From Promethearchaeota archaeon (GTDB lineage Archaea; Asgardarchaeota; Lokiarchaeia; Sigyniarchaeales; SOKP01): a stretch of 64,000 bases of DNA. This document shows positions 19,822 to 29,916 of the stretch, one piece after another (position 1 is the stretch's first letter; each line of letters starts with the position of its first letter). Position numbers and translations under genes: made by a program. Location of the stretch: contig JAUVNS010000014.1 in assembly GCA_030599585.1 (NCBI GenBank), positions 1 to 64,000 on the forward strand, read 5' to 3'. The notes under the pieces are model-generated. The model ran no database searches. It worked only from the letters and a program-made list of their open reading frames with translations, and was not told the origin of the DNA.

Positions 19822-19941
19822 TTTAAAATTAATCCCTTACCCGCGTGAAAATTCAAGAGTTACATTAATTTATGCTCCCGAAATTAGGTAACTCTTTGTT
19901 AATAAACCAACAGATACATGCTAATTCGCATATAAAAATAT

Positions 19942-19960
19942 TTGCGACGATTTGTCGCAA
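19942..19960. promoter_or_regulatory. Inverted repeat next to a TATA-like box
   Basis: TTGCGAC-GATTT-GTCGCAA immediately upstream (minus strand) of TTTTTATA at 19931-19938. Confidence 0.4.
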
Positions 19961-20095
19961 GAGAAAAACGAATTTCATCTAAAATTAGTTTGCTTCAAAA
20001 CATATAGGAAGGGGAATAATTACAAGAGAAGAGTAAATCGTTATTTTCTTCAAATGATTAACATAATTATTATAATGAGTAATATTGGTATCGAA

Positions 20096-20650
20096 TTATG
20101 AACTAACTTCAACATTTTCTATAAAAGTATCAATAGCTTGTTCAAGATCAATCAAGTCCTCAACATCTTTTATGTCACTACTAGCAATTCGGTTTAGAAA
20201 TTCCTTTAAGAGTTTTTCCTTTTCTTTATCTTGGGGAAAAATCAAAGACGACTTATAGTGCTCGTAATCCAAGATATTAGTAAAAACTAAAAAGAGTTTT
20301 TCGATGTGACTATATTCAATCAGGCTATGAAGTTTATCTCTCGTAATGAGGGTTTGTGTTTGATCCTTATAGAATCCACTGAGGTCGTTATAATAATTAG
20401 TAATGCGAGCAACATTGTCCAACTGCGTCTGAAGAGCAGCTTGACTTATTGGAGAATCATCTGAGTACATGATTTCAAAATAAGCATTAACAAAATCTTT
20501 CAATTTTTGAAGTTTCTGTTGGAAAACTCTTGTTTTGACTATCCGAGTAAACATGGGACTTTCCTTATCCTTGTAAAACCTTAATTCAAATTTAACTATC
20601 GCCAAAATATCGAGAAATAATTCCTTTATATCAATATTGTCTCTTTCCAT
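20096..20650 (-). CDS. Hypothetical helical protein (184 aa)
   Basis: Clean ORF, amphipathic helices, no motif recognised. Confidence 0.7.
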   Translation of the reverse strand: MERDNIDIKELFLDILAIVKFELRFYKDKESPMFTRIVKTRVFQQKLQKLKDFVNAYFEIMYSDDSPISQAALQTQLDNVARITNYYNDLSGFYKDQTQTLITRDKLHSLIEYSHIEKLFLVFTNILDYEHYKSSLIFPQDKEKEKLLKEFLNRIASSDIKDVEDLIDLEQAIDTFIENVEVSS

Positions 20651-20822
20651 CTTACTGTAAGTACCTTTGTGGATATTAATTTATATTTTGTTCTATTAAC
20701 TAGTATACTTCTGAGAATATAAAAATATACTATATATTGAATTCTAATGATTTAATAAATTTATTTCTTAAGATTACTTTTTCTAATAGATTCCAATAGA
20801 GCTTTTTCTTGATTTATGTTTC

Positions 20823-21812
20823 TTAATAAGTTAATGGAAAACTACGCTGGTCTACTACTTGATCGGTTGGAAGGAAGCTTTTTTGGCTTGCTTTTCTTTT
20901 TGTAAGCTTCCTGAAGATTATCGCTTTTACATGAATCCTTAAAATTCTGATTGGAGAAAATACCATAAATTTCAAATCGTTGATAGGATTCTTTCTTAAT
21001 TCAAGAAATTTTGAATAAAAACGTTCAGCTTTTACTTTTTGCTTTGGAATTTCAAAAGAAATAAACCGCTCAACAATTTTGTCCAGTGACTCTGAATCCT
21101 CATAACAATAGTAGTTTGAAGCTTTTAAAGACCATTTTATTGCCTCTAACTGATATTTTATTGAGTTCAGTTCTTTTCTAGGCGCTATCAATAGGGCAAA
21201 AAACGAAATGAAAAGATTCATAACCGTACTTCTAAAAATCTCGCGGATTGTAATTTTAATTTTAGGTCTAATAGTATTTCTAAGATCTTCTCCAAACAAA
21301 AGAGTGCTGTTTTGAATAACATTCCCTAAAACAATATTTCGTGGAGCAAATAACGCTGAGAAAAAACGGTTAACTCGAAAAATTTTGTAAAATATCGCTT
21401 GTTCCCAAAATTTTTGTTTTGTTAAAAAATGACTCACGAACATTCCTGTTGATTGTTGAATTACTCCAAGAACTTCACGAAATAGTTTTGAAGTTGGTTC
21501 CTTAAATCCATGTTTTATTTCTAATGCAAGAAAATATCTCTCTATCTCCTTTATATGCCTATTTGAAACCCGATTTTTAAAAATAAAGAGAAGATCACAA
21601 TCCGATACAACTGTGTTTTCACTATCTACTTGTTGACTACCGAATAAAAGGAGGGATACAATTTTATTAATTCCTATTTCCTTATTAATTAAAATTACAA
21701 TATCTTTAATGTAATTTCTTGATTGTTCGTTCAAGCCTTTTAAGCTACTAGATATATAGTGCTTAATTTTATCGTTTGTTTCGCGTGTTTTACTAGAATC
21801 GTAATCTTCCAT
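20823..21812 (-). CDS. Pol-beta-superfamily nucleotidyltransferase domain protein
   Basis: LLLFGS...SDCDLLFIF (GS plus DxD), helical C-terminal half. Confidence 0.75.
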   Translation of the reverse strand: MEDYDSSKTRETNDKIKHYISSSLKGLNEQSRNYIKDIVILINKEIGINKIVSLLLFGSQQVDSENTVVSDCDLLFIFKNRVSNRHIKEIERYFLALEIKHGFKEPTSKLFREVLGVIQQSTGMFVSHFLTKQKFWEQAIFYKIFRVNRFFSALFAPRNIVLGNVIQNSTLLFGEDLRNTIRPKIKITIREIFRSTVMNLFISFFALLIAPRKELNSIKYQLEAIKWSLKASNYYCYEDSESLDKIVERFISFEIPKQKVKAERFYSKFLELRKNPINDLKFMVFSPIRILRIHVKAIIFRKLTKRKASQKSFLPTDQVVDQRSFPLTY

Positions 21813-21879
21813 CTTTACTTGAGAAAATATTTCTTATAATAAAATTATAAAATGAAAATTTAAAATTGATTAAAATACT

Positions 21880-23889
21880 TTATATTCGATTACCGAGACT
21901 ATAACCTCGAGCTATAGCCTCTAAAACCGTCTGTGGCTTTTTAGCATCACCGAGTTTTTCGACAGGAATTTTTAAAGCTTTTATCTCTTTAAAAAGAGAA
22001 TCATTCGGTTTAACACCTGTGGCATAATAAACATAATCGACATCGTTAATTTGCTGTTCGGTGTCGCTAGCATCAATGTAAGATACGTAATCCTTGCCAA
22101 TTTCAGTTACTTTAACACTGGTAAGTTTTTTCACTCCAAGGTAATCACACTTATCTAATAGAACCCATTTAGTAGTCTTACCTAGTGCAGTTCCTAATTT
22201 TGGTAATTGTTCTAAAACAGTTACTTTATTCCTTCCTTCGTGCATCATTTTCAATGCTACTTCTGTCTCTAGTGCCTTATATCGTGTGAGAAAATTAAAC
22301 GAATTAACATCTAATGATCCATATTTTGCGATGTAAATTGCTAATTCTATGCCTGTAGCACCACCGCCTATAATAACATTATTCTTCCCTAATGGAGCAT
22401 CACCGCTAAAAACGTTATTTGCCCAAAATACGTTCTCTCTTTCAATTCCCGTAATCGGAGGTTTAATTGGAGTTGAACCGGTTGCTACTAATACTATATC
22501 CGGATTAATTTCTTTAATTCTGTCACTTGTTATTTCTTGTTGCAGATGTACATGAATATTATATTTCTGAATCCAGTAAGTATAGTTTTCAATCATCCTC
22601 TTAAATTCGTTCCTTCCTGGTGGTATCCAAATTATATTTAATAACCCACCTATTTTATCATCCTTTTCATATAAATGCACTTCATGACCTCTCATAGCCG
22701 CAACACGCGCAGCTTCTAATCCTGCTGGCCCAGCTCCAATTATCATAACTTTTTTCTTGGTCTCAAGTGGTTTTAACTCAGTCTTAGCTTCTTTTCCGGC
22801 TCTAGCATTTCTTAAACATATTACAGATTGCATACCAAAAATAGCATCAAAACATCCTTGATTACAACCAATACAATGCATAATATCCCTTAATTCACCT
22901 TTCTTTGCCTTTTCAGGTAGATAGGGATCCGCGATTAAGGTTCGACCCATGCATATAGCGTCTGCTTTTCTAGCCATTAAAATTTGCTCAGCCAATTCAG
23001 GTGTGTTTATTCTATTGGAAGAAAATACGGGTATAGAAACACTATTCTTAATATTTTCAGCTAAATAGGAATAGCAACCCTCTGGAACATCCATTGTTGT
23101 TTGAGGTGTTTTTGTTTCGTGCCAGCCTCCAGTTACATTGAGATAATCTAGATACACAGATAATCTTTCAGCAATTACAGCTTTTTCTTTATAAGTGTTA
23201 CTTTGAGGGACAAAATCATCTCCAGAAATCCTATAACCAAGAGGTATATCTTCTAATTTAGATTTCATTAACTCCAAAGTTTCTAAAGGGAATCTGAGTC
23301 GATCTTCTAAATCACCGCCATATTTGTCGGTTCTCTTGTTTGTTTTTGGAGAGAGAAATTGAGTCATCAAATAGCCTGCATTTGCACAAATTTCAACGGC
23401 GTCGAAACCAGCTTTTTTAGCGCGTAATCCTGCGTCAACAAATGCTTGCTGTTCTGTTTTAATATCTTCAAGAGTCATTTCTCTTGGAGTACTTTTACTA
23501 AATTTACTATATACAGCCGACGGGGCAATTTGTGTTTTACCAATTACAAAAGGCATAGTGTAGGCACCACCATGATACAATTGAGCGCATACTTTTACAT
23601 CATCCCTTGCATTATGGACTGCTTGCGTTAATTCGGTTAAGACTGGTAAATAATCATCACTGTCAATAGAGATCATCATTGGAATCCCTTTTGCATAAAG
23701 GTCTACATAACACCCTCCTATAATAAGCATTCCCGCACCACCTTTAGCTCTCTCAACATAAAAATCAATTAACTGTTGACTGACATATCCATCACTAGCC
23801 ATATTGAGATTAATCGCCGGCATAACTATTCGATTTGAAATAGTCATATTCCCAATTTTCAGAGGTTCAAACAATTTGAAAAATTTCAT
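21880..23889 (-). CDS. FMN/FAD/4Fe-4S NADH:flavin oxidoreductase, 2,4-dienoyl-CoA reductase (FadH)-like
   Basis: ERAKGGAG, NKRTDKYGG, CIGCNQGC...C, GAGPAG, TGGWHE. Confidence 0.9.
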   Translation of the reverse strand: MKFFKLFEPLKIGNMTISNRIVMPAINLNMASDGYVSQQLIDFYVERAKGGAGMLIIGGCYVDLYAKGIPMMISIDSDDYLPVLTELTQAVHNARDDVKVCAQLYHGGAYTMPFVIGKTQIAPSAVYSKFSKSTPREMTLEDIKTEQQAFVDAGLRAKKAGFDAVEICANAGYLMTQFLSPKTNKRTDKYGGDLEDRLRFPLETLELMKSKLEDIPLGYRISGDDFVPQSNTYKEKAVIAERLSVYLDYLNVTGGWHETKTPQTTMDVPEGCYSYLAENIKNSVSIPVFSSNRINTPELAEQILMARKADAICMGRTLIADPYLPEKAKKGELRDIMHCIGCNQGCFDAIFGMQSVICLRNARAGKEAKTELKPLETKKKVMIIGAGPAGLEAARVAAMRGHEVHLYEKDDKIGGLLNIIWIPPGRNEFKRMIENYTYWIQKYNIHVHLQQEITSDRIKEINPDIVLVATGSTPIKPPITGIERENVFWANNVFSGDAPLGKNNVIIGGGATGIELAIYIAKYGSLDVNSFNFLTRYKALETEVALKMMHEGRNKVTVLEQLPKLGTALGKTTKWVLLDKCDYLGVKKLTSVKVTEIGKDYVSYIDASDTEQQINDVDYVYYATGVKPNDSLFKEIKALKIPVEKLGDAKKPQTVLEAIARGYSLGNRI

Positions 23890-24000
23890 ATTAGTCCTTT
23901 TTCACTGAATTTAAAGTTGTATAATTTAATAAATAAAAAATATCCTTACCATAATAAATTTTAACTTTTGGAGTATTCCAAAAAGAATTTAGAGCAAAAA

Positions 24001-24801
24001 TTAACGAAAATAAGAATCAGAACTTTGTTTATCTTGAGGACCTTTCATAAATTGATTTGCTTGCTTTTTATAAGAATCGATAACTTGTTCCATTTCTTCG
24101 ATCTGTCTGTTTAATTCATCGAAGTTCATTTCAATATCAAAATATTCCATTAATAACACCACCAATGCCTTAGATGCCCGAGGGTCTAATGTCATCATAG
24201 GTAATGGTAATGTTTCTGCGAGTAAACATACTCCCGGAGCAAATCCTTTTTGTCCTGCCCAAGCTGGTAAGATTCCATTTGCACCAGCAATCACCCCACC
24301 CTCCATTAATGTAGTGTCTTCAAATTTTAAGAAAGTCTCATTTATTTTGTCGTCTGTTCCACAAATATGTATTAATGGTTTATCTCTTACTCTATCAATT
24401 ACCATTGCACCAGCACTGATGTACATTTTAATCTTACTATTTGTAATTTTATCCATCGCCTCGCAGAATTTCTGAGAAAAGTCAAATACTCCTTGTGAAG
24501 TCTGAGGTTGATAATTTGCAGTTAAAATAAAGAGATCATGTTTATTTTTCTGTTTTCTTGACTTATAATAGACTTTTGCAGATGGAATCTCCAATTTTCC
24601 CTTTTCAACAGTGGATTTAGGGGGAAAATCGAAATATTCAATGTTCAAGAATTCTTTAGCTTCAATCGAATCTTGAATTGAAGTTATCGCTAGTTTTGCA
24701 ACCAAAGCAATCCCTGGCCAACCAATTAAAACAATCGGATCGTTTAAATCATCTGGATTTAACTCAAATTTTTGATTTATGTTTATATTCATTTTATTCA
24801 A
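24001..24801 (-). CDS. PAC2-family proteasome assembly chaperone
   Basis: GWPGIALVAKL, IAGANGIL, CLLAET, DPRAS. Confidence 0.88.
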   Translation of the reverse strand: MNKMNININQKFELNPDDLNDPIVLIGWPGIALVAKLAITSIQDSIEAKEFLNIEYFDFPPKSTVEKGKLEIPSAKVYYKSRKQKNKHDLFILTANYQPQTSQGVFDFSQKFCEAMDKITNSKIKMYISAGAMVIDRVRDKPLIHICGTDDKINETFLKFEDTTLMEGGVIAGANGILPAWAGQKGFAPGVCLLAETLPLPMMTLDPRASKALVVLLMEYFDIEMNFDELNRQIEEMEQVIDSYKKQANQFMKGPQDKQSSDSYFR

Positions 24802-24813
24802 CCTTTCCTTAAG

Positions 24814-25803
24814 CTATATATCAAAATTTAATTTTTCTCGGCAGTGGGGGCAGAATTCGATTCTGCCTTCAGAAATGTATTTTCCACAGAAGGGACAATA
24901 CATACCCGAATTAAGATCTTTAAAAACCTTAGTATTAGAAGCTCCAAAACTTTGGGATGATTGATAAGATCGTGATAGATATTGAGGTTGTTGTTCTTTA
25001 TTAGTTTTTAAAAAACCATACAGAGAAGTTAAGAAGCAAATAAATAATGGAGTAAGCAAAATTTCAGGTAAATTATAGAACAGATCATACAGTATGATTG
25101 AGCCGTAATTTCTCGTGGATGGATTGTACCATGAACCGTCATATATTTGGTAGAATAAAGGATTAGCAAACAATTGGAAAATAATATCGCAAATAAAAAC
25201 AACTAAATTACTAAGTATAAAAATGCCAATTAACTTCCCAAACGCTCCTCTTGCTACTTCTCGAGCTTCTTTTAAGGGTTGAATTCCTTCCTCTGAATGA
25301 TATGTAAATACGTAAAAAATATAAAACCCATAAATGATAATACTTGGAATAAAAAGAAGAAATGACCCTATCGCTATTCCTACACCTAATAAAAGAACAA
25401 CAAGCAATAATCTCCCATTAAGGGCTTTTTTTAATTCAGTTACAAAGTTCGAAGGGTTACCAGATAATTTTTTGAACATATAATTACTTACTAAACACAG
25501 AGCAAACACATTGAAGATAGATGATGTTAAATTATTCAGAAACTCAGAACTGAGAATTAAAGATATATATTCAAACATAACACTAAGATCGGCGTTATCG
25601 AGGGTTGAGGGATCTTTCTGTATAATAACTTCAATTGCAGGTGATATGAGGTTTAATTGCCAGTTCAAATCAATGACTAACAAATTTTTAATTATTAAAG
25701 ATATTATAAAAATTAAAGCTAATGGTATGATCAAAGTCTTGTAGCTTTTGCGGAATAAATAAAATCCTTCAGAGATGATTTCTTTAAACCGTTTATCCGA
25801 CAT
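24814..25803 (-). CDS. Multi-TM membrane protein with C-terminal zinc ribbon
   Basis: About 6 hydrophobic segments; CPFCG...CPHC tail. Confidence 0.8.
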   Translation of the reverse strand: MSDKRFKEIISEGFYLFRKSYKTLIIPLALIFIISLIIKNLLVIDLNWQLNLISPAIEVIIQKDPSTLDNADLSVMFEYISLILSSEFLNNLTSSIFNVFALCLVSNYMFKKLSGNPSNFVTELKKALNGRLLLVVLLLGVGIAIGSFLLFIPSIIIYGFYIFYVFTYHSEEGIQPLKEAREVARGAFGKLIGIFILSNLVVFICDIIFQLFANPLFYQIYDGSWYNPSTRNYGSIILYDLFYNLPEILLTPLFICFLTSLYGFLKTNKEQQPQYLSRSYQSSQSFGASNTKVFKDLNSGMYCPFCGKYISEGRIEFCPHCREKLNFDI

Positions 25804-25930
25804 AATTTTAATATCCTCTTAATTATTTATAATATGTTAAAAAAAATATAATTTAAAGGTTTATTCTTTATTCTACTAGTAGTTATACAAAAAATTAACA
25901 TAAGAAATAAAATTTCTTATAATACTTGTT

Positions 25931-27838
25931 ATGTACGCACAACAACCACCAACACGCCATATTCCCGGAATAATATCCTATATGAATTATTTTTCATCTA
26001 AGAAATCAGCTTATGTTCTCCTTTTTAGCGTACCTGCTATTCTTGCTGTTTTATCGTTTATACTAAATTCACTTTATACAAATATTTGGAACTTTTTTTA
26101 CCTTTCAAATGTTTTACTAACATTTTACTTCACCTCTGGTGGTGGTATCATAATATCGATACTTTTCTACTCAAAACGCGCTCCACTACTTGCTAAGCCC
26201 CCGAAGGGATGGTCTTTTCAAATGAATGCTTTTTTTACTGGAATAATGGGTTTGTCACTTTTAATTGGGGAAACTATTACAATATTCCTTAGAAATATCA
26301 CATTTCAAGAAGTTTTTCTCATATTGGGTACTATAATTTCCTACATCTTCGCATATGTTGTATATTTTTCGTTTACTACCGTTGGTAAATATGGAAATTT
26401 CATTTTAGCATTTGTACAGCCGGTAATTGCAATAACGCTCTATAGTATTTTTGCATCTCAACTTAAATTTCTTTTTTTTATCAGAGCAATCCTTTTTTTT
26501 ACAATTTGTGCTTTTATATTTGCGATCCCATACGCAAGAAGTATGGCTCGAGTAAGTAATATATACAGACAAGCAACTGGTATAGGAGGATATCCTTTTA
26601 TTAGAGCTTTCGTACTCTCGATGTTAACGGAGGGTAATGATGATTTAATTGAAGGAATTTTTGATAAAATAGGTGTCAGCTCCAATGTTTTAATACAATA
26701 CTTGGCAATCAGAAGTAAAACTACACAAAGAGTTAAAGGTTTATTTGTCGTACCGCACGTTCATTTTGGACCTTTTAAAACTTGTGGATCCTCAGATTTA
26801 CCCGCCCATATCTACGAGACATTTAATAATATTCAAGGCACGACGGTTTATCACACTACAAATGATCATTCACAAAATTTAACTTCTCAAAAAGAACTAG
26901 AAAAAGTCTTGAATAAAATTAAGAGCGATGTGAAGTTTATCGAAGAAGATAATAAAGTAGAATGGATAGGAGAAGTTAAAGCCACCACAAGAAGCATGTC
27001 GAATTCTGCAAAGTTAATAGGGATAGATATAAATAATATTGCTATAATGTTCTTAACCAGACATCCCTTACCTTCTGATGATATTCACGCTGAAATTGGC
27101 AATGAAATTAGAAAATTTGCAAAAGCCAAAGGTTATCGTGAGGCTATCATAATAGATTCGCATAATTCTATCATAAAGGATGAAGTCTTAATAAGAAACA
27201 AATCGATAGAAGCTAAAGATCTTATATCAGTTTCAGAAAAATTTCTCGTTTCCAATAAAGCTAAAGGAAAGGACGAAAAAATTATTGTACAATATGGCGT
27301 TGCAAAAGATCCAATGACGGAATACACAGAAAGAGATGGTATTGGTACGGGTGGAATAGTTGTTCACTTATTTAAAGACATTGAATCAAGTCAAAAAACG
27401 GTGTTTATTCACTTCGATGCAAATAATGCGTATGTTGATATTCGTTCGTTCGTTTTAAACATGCTACAAAATAGAGGAATCGAAAGAGGGGAGATTACGA
27501 CTTCAGATTCACACACTGTAGCAAGACAATTTTCTGCTCGTGGATATTCTCCTTTAGGAGATAAGATCACTTTAGAAAAGATTCTAGAGAAAATTGATGA
27601 TTTGATAATTAAAGCAGAAAGCAATTTAGAAGATGTGGAATTTTATTATCACGATTCGATCGTCAAAAATGTAAAGATATGGAACGATCCTCGCTATTTT
27701 GATGTGATTATGAATACATTATTCAAATGTATTAAGGTTTCTCACGGGCTATTCACATACAGTCTGATAATCCCTGCTTTATTTTCAACAATTTTACTTC
27801 TATTTTTCTATAACATCCAATTCTCAGCTATTTTTTAG
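25931..27838 (+). CDS. DUF2070 family membrane protein
   Basis: N-terminal TM bundle; PHVHFGPF, GSSDLP, DSHN, DANN, TSDSH; C-terminal TM. Confidence 0.88.
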   Translation: MYAQQPPTRHIPGIISYMNYFSSKKSAYVLLFSVPAILAVLSFILNSLYTNIWNFFYLSNVLLTFYFTSGGGIIISILFYSKRAPLLAKPPKGWSFQMNAFFTGIMGLSLLIGETITIFLRNITFQEVFLILGTIISYIFAYVVYFSFTTVGKYGNFILAFVQPVIAITLYSIFASQLKFLFFIRAILFFTICAFIFAIPYARSMARVSNIYRQATGIGGYPFIRAFVLSMLTEGNDDLIEGIFDKIGVSSNVLIQYLAIRSKTTQRVKGLFVVPHVHFGPFKTCGSSDLPAHIYETFNNIQGTTVYHTTNDHSQNLTSQKELEKVLNKIKSDVKFIEEDNKVEWIGEVKATTRSMSNSAKLIGIDINNIAIMFLTRHPLPSDDIHAEIGNEIRKFAKAKGYREAIIIDSHNSIIKDEVLIRNKSIEAKDLISVSEKFLVSNKAKGKDEKIIVQYGVAKDPMTEYTERDGIGTGGIVVHLFKDIESSQKTVFIHFDANNAYVDIRSFVLNMLQNRGIERGEITTSDSHTVARQFSARGYSPLGDKITLEKILEKIDDLIIKAESNLEDVEFYYHDSIVKNVKIWNDPRYFDVIMNTLFKCIKVSHGLFTYSLIIPALFSTILLLFFYNIQFSAIF

Positions 27839-27950
27839 AACCAGGAAGCTTATCTTTGTAGCATATGATCTATATATTACAGAGATATATCTATATGATT
27901 TGACCTTTTTTCTTTAAAAATATTCTTTTCTTTTCGTAATTGCATTAGAA

Positions 27951-28487
27951 ATGTTGAGCTCAGAAATTTCAAAATTGATGAAGGTGACATTTATAGGGTC
28001 GCCAGCGGTTGGAAAGACAACTATGCTACGGTTACTCTCAAAGGATACGATTGGTAAATTTTATTTCCCTACCCATGGCTTTGATTTGAAAACGATCAAA
28101 TTAGACGACTATAATATTCGCGTTTGGGATTTTGGCGGTCAAAGTTCGTACCTAAAAACTTATTCAAGAGATTACCTTTTAGGTTCAGATGTTCTTTTTG
28201 TTGTTACTGATTCTACGCCCCGAAATGTTTTAAACTCGCGAGAATTGATTAAATTCGCAACGCATTTTATCGATAAAGAGTGTCCAATAATTGCTATAGC
28301 AAATAAACAAGATTTAACAAAGAATGATGGAAGAATGAGCCCAGATCGCGTAGAACAACTACTCCACATAAAAACATATGGGCTTACGGCGATAAATCCA
28401 AACGAGAGAGTTAAATTATTAGATATTATGAGAAAAGAATTAAACCAAGTAGTATTAAGAAGGAGGTCAAAAGAAGATGAACTTTAA
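27951..28487 (+). CDS. Small Ras-superfamily (Arf/Rab-like) GTPase
   Basis: G1 GSPAVGKTT, G2 PTHG, G3 WDFGGQ, G4 NKQD, G5 TAI. Confidence 0.93.
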   Translation: MLSSEISKLMKVTFIGSPAVGKTTMLRLLSKDTIGKFYFPTHGFDLKTIKLDDYNIRVWDFGGQSSYLKTYSRDYLLGSDVLFVVTDSTPRNVLNSRELIKFATHFIDKECPIIAIANKQDLTKNDGRMSPDRVEQLLHIKTYGLTAINPNERVKLLDIMRKELNQVVLRRRSKEDEL

Positions 28488-29031
28488 TGAAGATGAACTT
28501 TTTGGAGCAGCCCTAATAGGTTTTGACATGATTGATGGACCTTTTTTACGTTGGAAGAAGGAATATGGCCCCAAAACAAATTTGATGAAGCTAGATGATT
28601 TTGCCATGAACTTCTATCTCGCATTTAGAGGTGGTAATGCCGGGAAGAAACCAAGAGCTATTTTATACGATAAATTCTACATCGTTGCCTTTCCTCAAGA
28701 TCTTGAGTTATGTTGTTTATTCATGAAACCCCAGGGAATAGATAGGAATATTAATCAGTTGAACAAAATTGCTTCAAGAATAACTCATGAGATGGAATCT
28801 ATTGAACAAGAAGATGATACACCTATTAATTCTGATGAAGACACAATCGAAGAAATGAAAAGGCTTATCGTAAATCTATTGAGTGGTATAGAAATGTCTA
28901 CGCCTGAGTTAAGAAAATATTTCAAATTAAGCAATTCTCAAATTTGGAAAGTAATGTCCAATTTAGAAAGCTCTTCAAAAGTAAAGCGTGCAAGAAAACA
29001 AGGAAGAACTGTTTTATGGACCGCAAACTAG
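28477..29031 (+). CDS. Longin/uDENN-like domain plus acidic linker plus winged-HTH protein
   Basis: ALIGFDMIDGP N-terminus; EQEDDTPINSDED linker; MSTPELRKYFKLSNSQIWKVMSNLE...VKR...VLW; overlaps the GTPase gene by 11 nt. Confidence 0.65.
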   Translation: MNFNEDELFGAALIGFDMIDGPFLRWKKEYGPKTNLMKLDDFAMNFYLAFRGGNAGKKPRAILYDKFYIVAFPQDLELCCLFMKPQGIDRNINQLNKIASRITHEMESIEQEDDTPINSDEDTIEEMKRLIVNLLSGIEMSTPELRKYFKLSNSQIWKVMSNLESSSKVKRARKQGRTVLWTAN

Positions 29032-29067
29032 TTTTTTTTCTAATTTTTTATATTTTTAATGAATTAA

Positions 29068-29874
29068 TTACCTAATATGATCCCATTCTTTTTCTTTAGT
29101 AAACATCCTAGAAAACATTATATAACAAATATCAGGCAATTCCTTGTCAATGTTTTGTAAGGTGATATATCGTAGAATATGATTAATTAGGAAAATTCCC
29201 AGAAATTCCATGTGATAACTACCTACTTTTTTAGAGAGTGATTCACCTGTATAAGAGATATTTAGTTTCTCTTGAGTATCGTACGTTAATTCAATAGAAA
29301 TTCCTGGAAATACTTCCTTTGTAATTTGCCATTTATCAGCTGTTTTCCACACTGTAGCACCTAGAAAAACTGCTAAGTCATTTACATCACTATCTTTCAA
29401 TAATCTAAATGGCTCAGTTCTTTGAATTAAAACCTTTTGCATTAATTCGGATTTTTTATCATAAGAATGTTCAAAGGGTTCTCTATTTTGAATCATTCTC
29501 TCCATAAAATTAAAAATTATATCAACGTAAGTAATGCTATCTTCACCAGGGATTAAATGTACTCTTTCACCTGAAAAAAAGCATTTAAATTCTGCGGTAA
29601 CCCCATCTCCAAATTCATCTCCGAAATATGTAAAAACTAGATGTATGTTAACCTCTGGAAACATTTCTAACGTAATCGTCCAATCTTCGTTAAAACCTAT
29701 ATTTTCGATTTTACCCCCAATATCCTCGAAAATTATCTTCTTAAGCATATTCATGTTAATATCAACGAAAAGTTTATGCTTTGCTTTGCTAACATCTTCT
29801 AATTCCTTAACATGGGGGCCTGTTACACCAGTTGCATCGATTTGACCGACAGTCCAATATTTAGTTCCAGTTAT
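29068..29874 (-). CDS. DUF3786-like duplicated-domain protein; probable ATA start
   Basis: Two similar halves (LEMFPEVNIHL / KEVFPGISIEL), DEF...PGED; frame open 40 codons above ATG 29754 to ATA behind AGGTGG. Confidence 0.65.
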   Translation of the reverse strand: MTGTKYWTVGQIDATGVTGPHVKELEDVSKAKHKLFVDINMNMLKKIIFEDIGGKIENIGFNEDWTITLEMFPEVNIHLVFTYFGDEFGDGVTAEFKCFFSGERVHLIPGEDSITYVDIIFNFMERMIQNREPFEHSYDKKSELMQKVLIQRTEPFRLLKDSDVNDLAVFLGATVWKTADKWQITKEVFPGISIELTYDTQEKLNISYTGESLSKKVGSYHMEFLGIFLINHILRYITLQNIDKELPDICYIMFSRMFTKEKEWDHIR

Positions 29875-29916
29875 TTTAACTCCACCTTAGAAAAAGTTGT
29901 TCTAGTATTATAGAAG

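Noticed and set aside
19872-19982. 36-codon plus-strand ORF MLPKLGNS...
   Set aside because: Overlaps the probable promoter of the 19821 gene and has no coding features
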